NCBI GenBank assembly: GCA_051530055.1
Contig: CM121341.1
Coordinates: 4,132,784-4,196,783 of the forward strand
Source of the DNA: Neoechinorhynchus agilis
Taxonomy: Eukaryota; Animalia; Acanthocephala
Direction: 5' to 3'
Length of the DNA stretch: 64,000 nucleotides
The first letter of the stretch is position 1. Each line of letters starts with the position of its first letter. Shown piece by piece: positions 61,213 to 64,000 of the stretch. Below the pieces are notes generated by a model. The model saw only the letters and a program-made list of their open reading frames with translations. It was not told the origin of the DNA and did not search any database. Position numbers and translations under genes: made by a program.

Positions 61213-62478
61213 TTGTTCATCCAAAAATCAAATCGCAAAAAAAACGTACAAAAGCGCTGTTTCGTGATGCAAAATTGCGCTTCGAATATCAGCAATCAGG
61301 TAAACCCTATTTCCGACATGTCTAGATTAAGGTTTGTTCCTACTATCCCCCTCCCCCCGAGTGATTGTGAAGTTTTGAATGATTGTGCACAAGTTTCCAT
61401 AGGGGATCAGATGGAACATTCTATCGACGCATCAAGGTTTAAGCGTCCTGTTAGGAAAGAAGATTTCGTTATCAAAATTCCCAAAGAAGCCATGGGCACT
61501 AACTCCCCCTCCTATTTCTCGCGTTATTTCTTCGAGAAGTATTTACTGCCGAATGGTCGTGAGAAATATATGAATTTTTTGATCAAGAGGTTCTCGGTGG
61601 CCAAATTCCACATCCTGTTTATTTTTTTCGATGCGGCCGGTAAAGACCTCTTTTCTAAGATGCTAGGGGAGTTAAGCATCCAATCTGTTGACTTATCTCG
61701 TAGAGTCACCTTTCTAATGAGGAATCCTCCTCAAGACTTGGATACTACTGATTTTCGCAAAATTGAGGATGAGTTAGGTATAAAACTGGTCAAATATCTG
61801 TTTAGACCCAACGCTAGTTCAGCCTACGCCATCCTATGTTCAGCTACTATCAATGTCGCCGAGAGTCTAGCTAACTCCGGCAGGGGTTTTTTCTCATACT
61901 GGGTCACTTTTGACCGATACAGGGACTCTATCTATGATTATAATTTGACGATATGTCAGAGGTGTTCGAGATGGGGGGGGCACCACGAATCTGACTGTGT
62001 CTTCCCCTCCAGATGCATCTTTTGTGCAGGTCCTCATCACAAATCATCTTGCTCCAATTCTGATGCTGCTACCTGTGCAAACTGTGGCAAGAATCATCCG
62101 GCCTTTGCACGTTCTTGCAAATTCGCGCAAAAATATTTTGACGATTCCATACCATCGAAGCAGCGAGTATTCCATAATTCTAGTTATAGAGAATTCTATC
62201 CACAACATAATCCTTTCTCTTCGGACGGTTTTTCCTCTAAGGAGTCGAAGACTCAACCTTCCCCTGATGGTCACAAGCCTAAACTTCCCCCCAAACCTCC
62301 GGAAAAATCCTTTCTTGATAGTTTAAAATCTTCCATTAATACTTCTCAACTTTATCCCGATAAAGAAATTTCATTACTTAAGTACATCCTTACTTTGATC
62401 CTTCACAAACTGGAAAAGATTTCTACACCAGACTCTACCTCCGACAATTTTTCTAGATTATTTAACTTTAATAACTGA
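61213..62478 (+). mobile_element. LINE ORF1 (gag-like, three CCHC knuckles), intact
   Basis: CQRCSRWGGHHESDC, CIFCAGPHHKSSC, CANCGKNHPAFARSC; first ATG at ~61267. Confidence 0.92.
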
Positions 62479-62564
62479 ATCGATTGTGAAAATTATAAAA
62501 GAGATATTTCCCCATCTTTGCGTAACTTGGAATCTACAGATTCCAAACGTCCTAAATTCATTTA

Positions 62565-64000
62565 ATGACTTGTTCCAATTATAAGGAATGTCCTTTCTCT
62601 TTCATCACATATAATGCCTCTAGGGCTTCTAGTCTTCCTAATTTTCTTACTCCTTGTGTAGTTGATAACTATGTTAACATGCTGTGTTTTCAAGAAACCG
62701 GCTTTTCTAAAATGCTTCTCTTCGATAATTATGATTCTCATGTTCTTCTCCCTAGCTCCACATCAACCAATCAGCACATTGGATTTTCTGGAGGACTTCC
62801 AACATTTATTCTTAAATCTCACTCTTCTAAACTTCTCTTTCAAACTAAAAATATTTCTTTTGCAATGCAAATTATTTCTTTTTATAATCCCTTATATGGA
62901 ACCTCATCCCTTTTCTCTCCTACTCTTATCCTTTGCAACTTGTATATTCAACCCAGACACGTGGGTATATTTACTAAATCTTTTATGCATATCCTCCGTT
63001 ACTGGAATCCTGACTTTATCGTAGGCGACTTCAATAGTAATTTTTTAAATGCTTTTAGGCCCTTTTTTAAGTTTCGCAATTTTTTGCTCCCCAAATTTCC
63101 TTCTTTTCATAATGTTAAATCTAATAGACATACCTTCTTGGATGGTGCAATTATTAAAAAGTCAATTCCTATTTTATTTTATCCTGCTTCCCAACTTCAG
63201 TCACAGAGATTGTTAGGGCATGACCTTATCCTTTTTAAATCTAATGGCATCTCTCTTAAGGACACTTTCGTTTTTAATCCTAAAAGCTTTTCGAAATTTA
63301 ATAATGATCTCCTTTCTTTTATGAACTCTTCCACTTCATCCTCCTTATCTGACTTTAACAATGCCATTTTATCCTCTGTACATAAAAATTTAATTACTAA
63401 GTCTGTGATCAAGCGACCTCCTGTTTGTCATGAAGCCAACATATTTTATAAAAATGCTGTTATAGCTGACTTGTATGGTAACGCTCCCCTTAAAAACTTA
63501 TTTATGAAAAAATTTTACACAGCTAAGTTTTATCATCAAGTTTCGTTGGACAAAAAGAAGCTGATCTCTCTTAAGTCCTTTGGTAAGGACTTTTGGTCCT
63601 GTATTTTGAAAAGAAGACCGGTCTGTTGGAAGGCAAAAGCATCTAACTGGATAGGGTCTATATCTTATCCTGCAGTAATTGAGTCTATTTTGATGGCACA
63701 TACTCTTAGTGCATGTTCTTCTCCTCCACTTCCCATCTTTAATAAAAAGTCCTTTTCGTGGAATTTTGAAGTTGAAGTTTTTCTGAAGGCCTGTAAATCT
63801 AACCCCTCTAAAGCGTATAATATAAATGGCACTTACCCATAATTTTTAGTTCTATTTCTGATAAGGTAAAATCTATCTATTTTAGTAGATTTCGTTTATC
63901 GAAAATTGATTTTAATGATCTACTTAACATAAATATTGTTAAGAAAATTTTTATTCCCAAAACGAAAGGACGTATATTTAACGCATCCCACATCAGAGTA
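62565..64000 (+). mobile_element. LINE ORF2 (APE endonuclease; continues after a frameshift at ~63835 toward RT; cut by window edge)
   Basis: ITYNA, CFQET, NLYIQP, VGDFNS, TFLDGAI, LLGHDLI; shifted frame gives FSSISDKVKS...KKIFIPK. Confidence 0.9.

Overview
Eukaryotic (metazoan-type) genomic DNA, not prokaryotic. The first ~22 kb holds host genes: the 3' part of a bifunctional Glu-Pro-tRNA synthetase (EPRS), an orphan secreted protein, a Pmp3/UPF0057 membrane peptide, two tandem six-exon Numb-like PTB-domain paralogs (reconstructed by hand from GT-AG introns, mostly 39-55 bp), CISD2 and a REV7/MAD2L2-like HORMA protein. An intronless papain-family cathepsin sits at 43 kb. From ~22 kb onward the window is a dense mosaic of retroelement debris: CRE-like REL elements, RTE, Penelope-like elements, a Gypsy fragment, a divergent CCHC-ORF1/APE-RT LINE family with a near-complete copy at the right edge, and a tRNA-derived SINE. 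There are two satellite arrays (253 bp and 129 bp units) and a ~3.6 kb segmental duplication. The most unusual signals are (i) minimal type I hammerhead ribozyme motifs inside foldback repeats, including a perfect 116-bp-arm palindrome, (ii) a duplicated, decayed ORF with a possible negative-strand RNA virus nucleoprotein motif fused head-to-head to LINE RT, and (iii) ~4 kb of unassignable decayed polyprotein-like coding sequence next to the 129-bp satellite. All family assignments come from manual motif recognition, not database searches. Boundaries of decayed elements are approximate.
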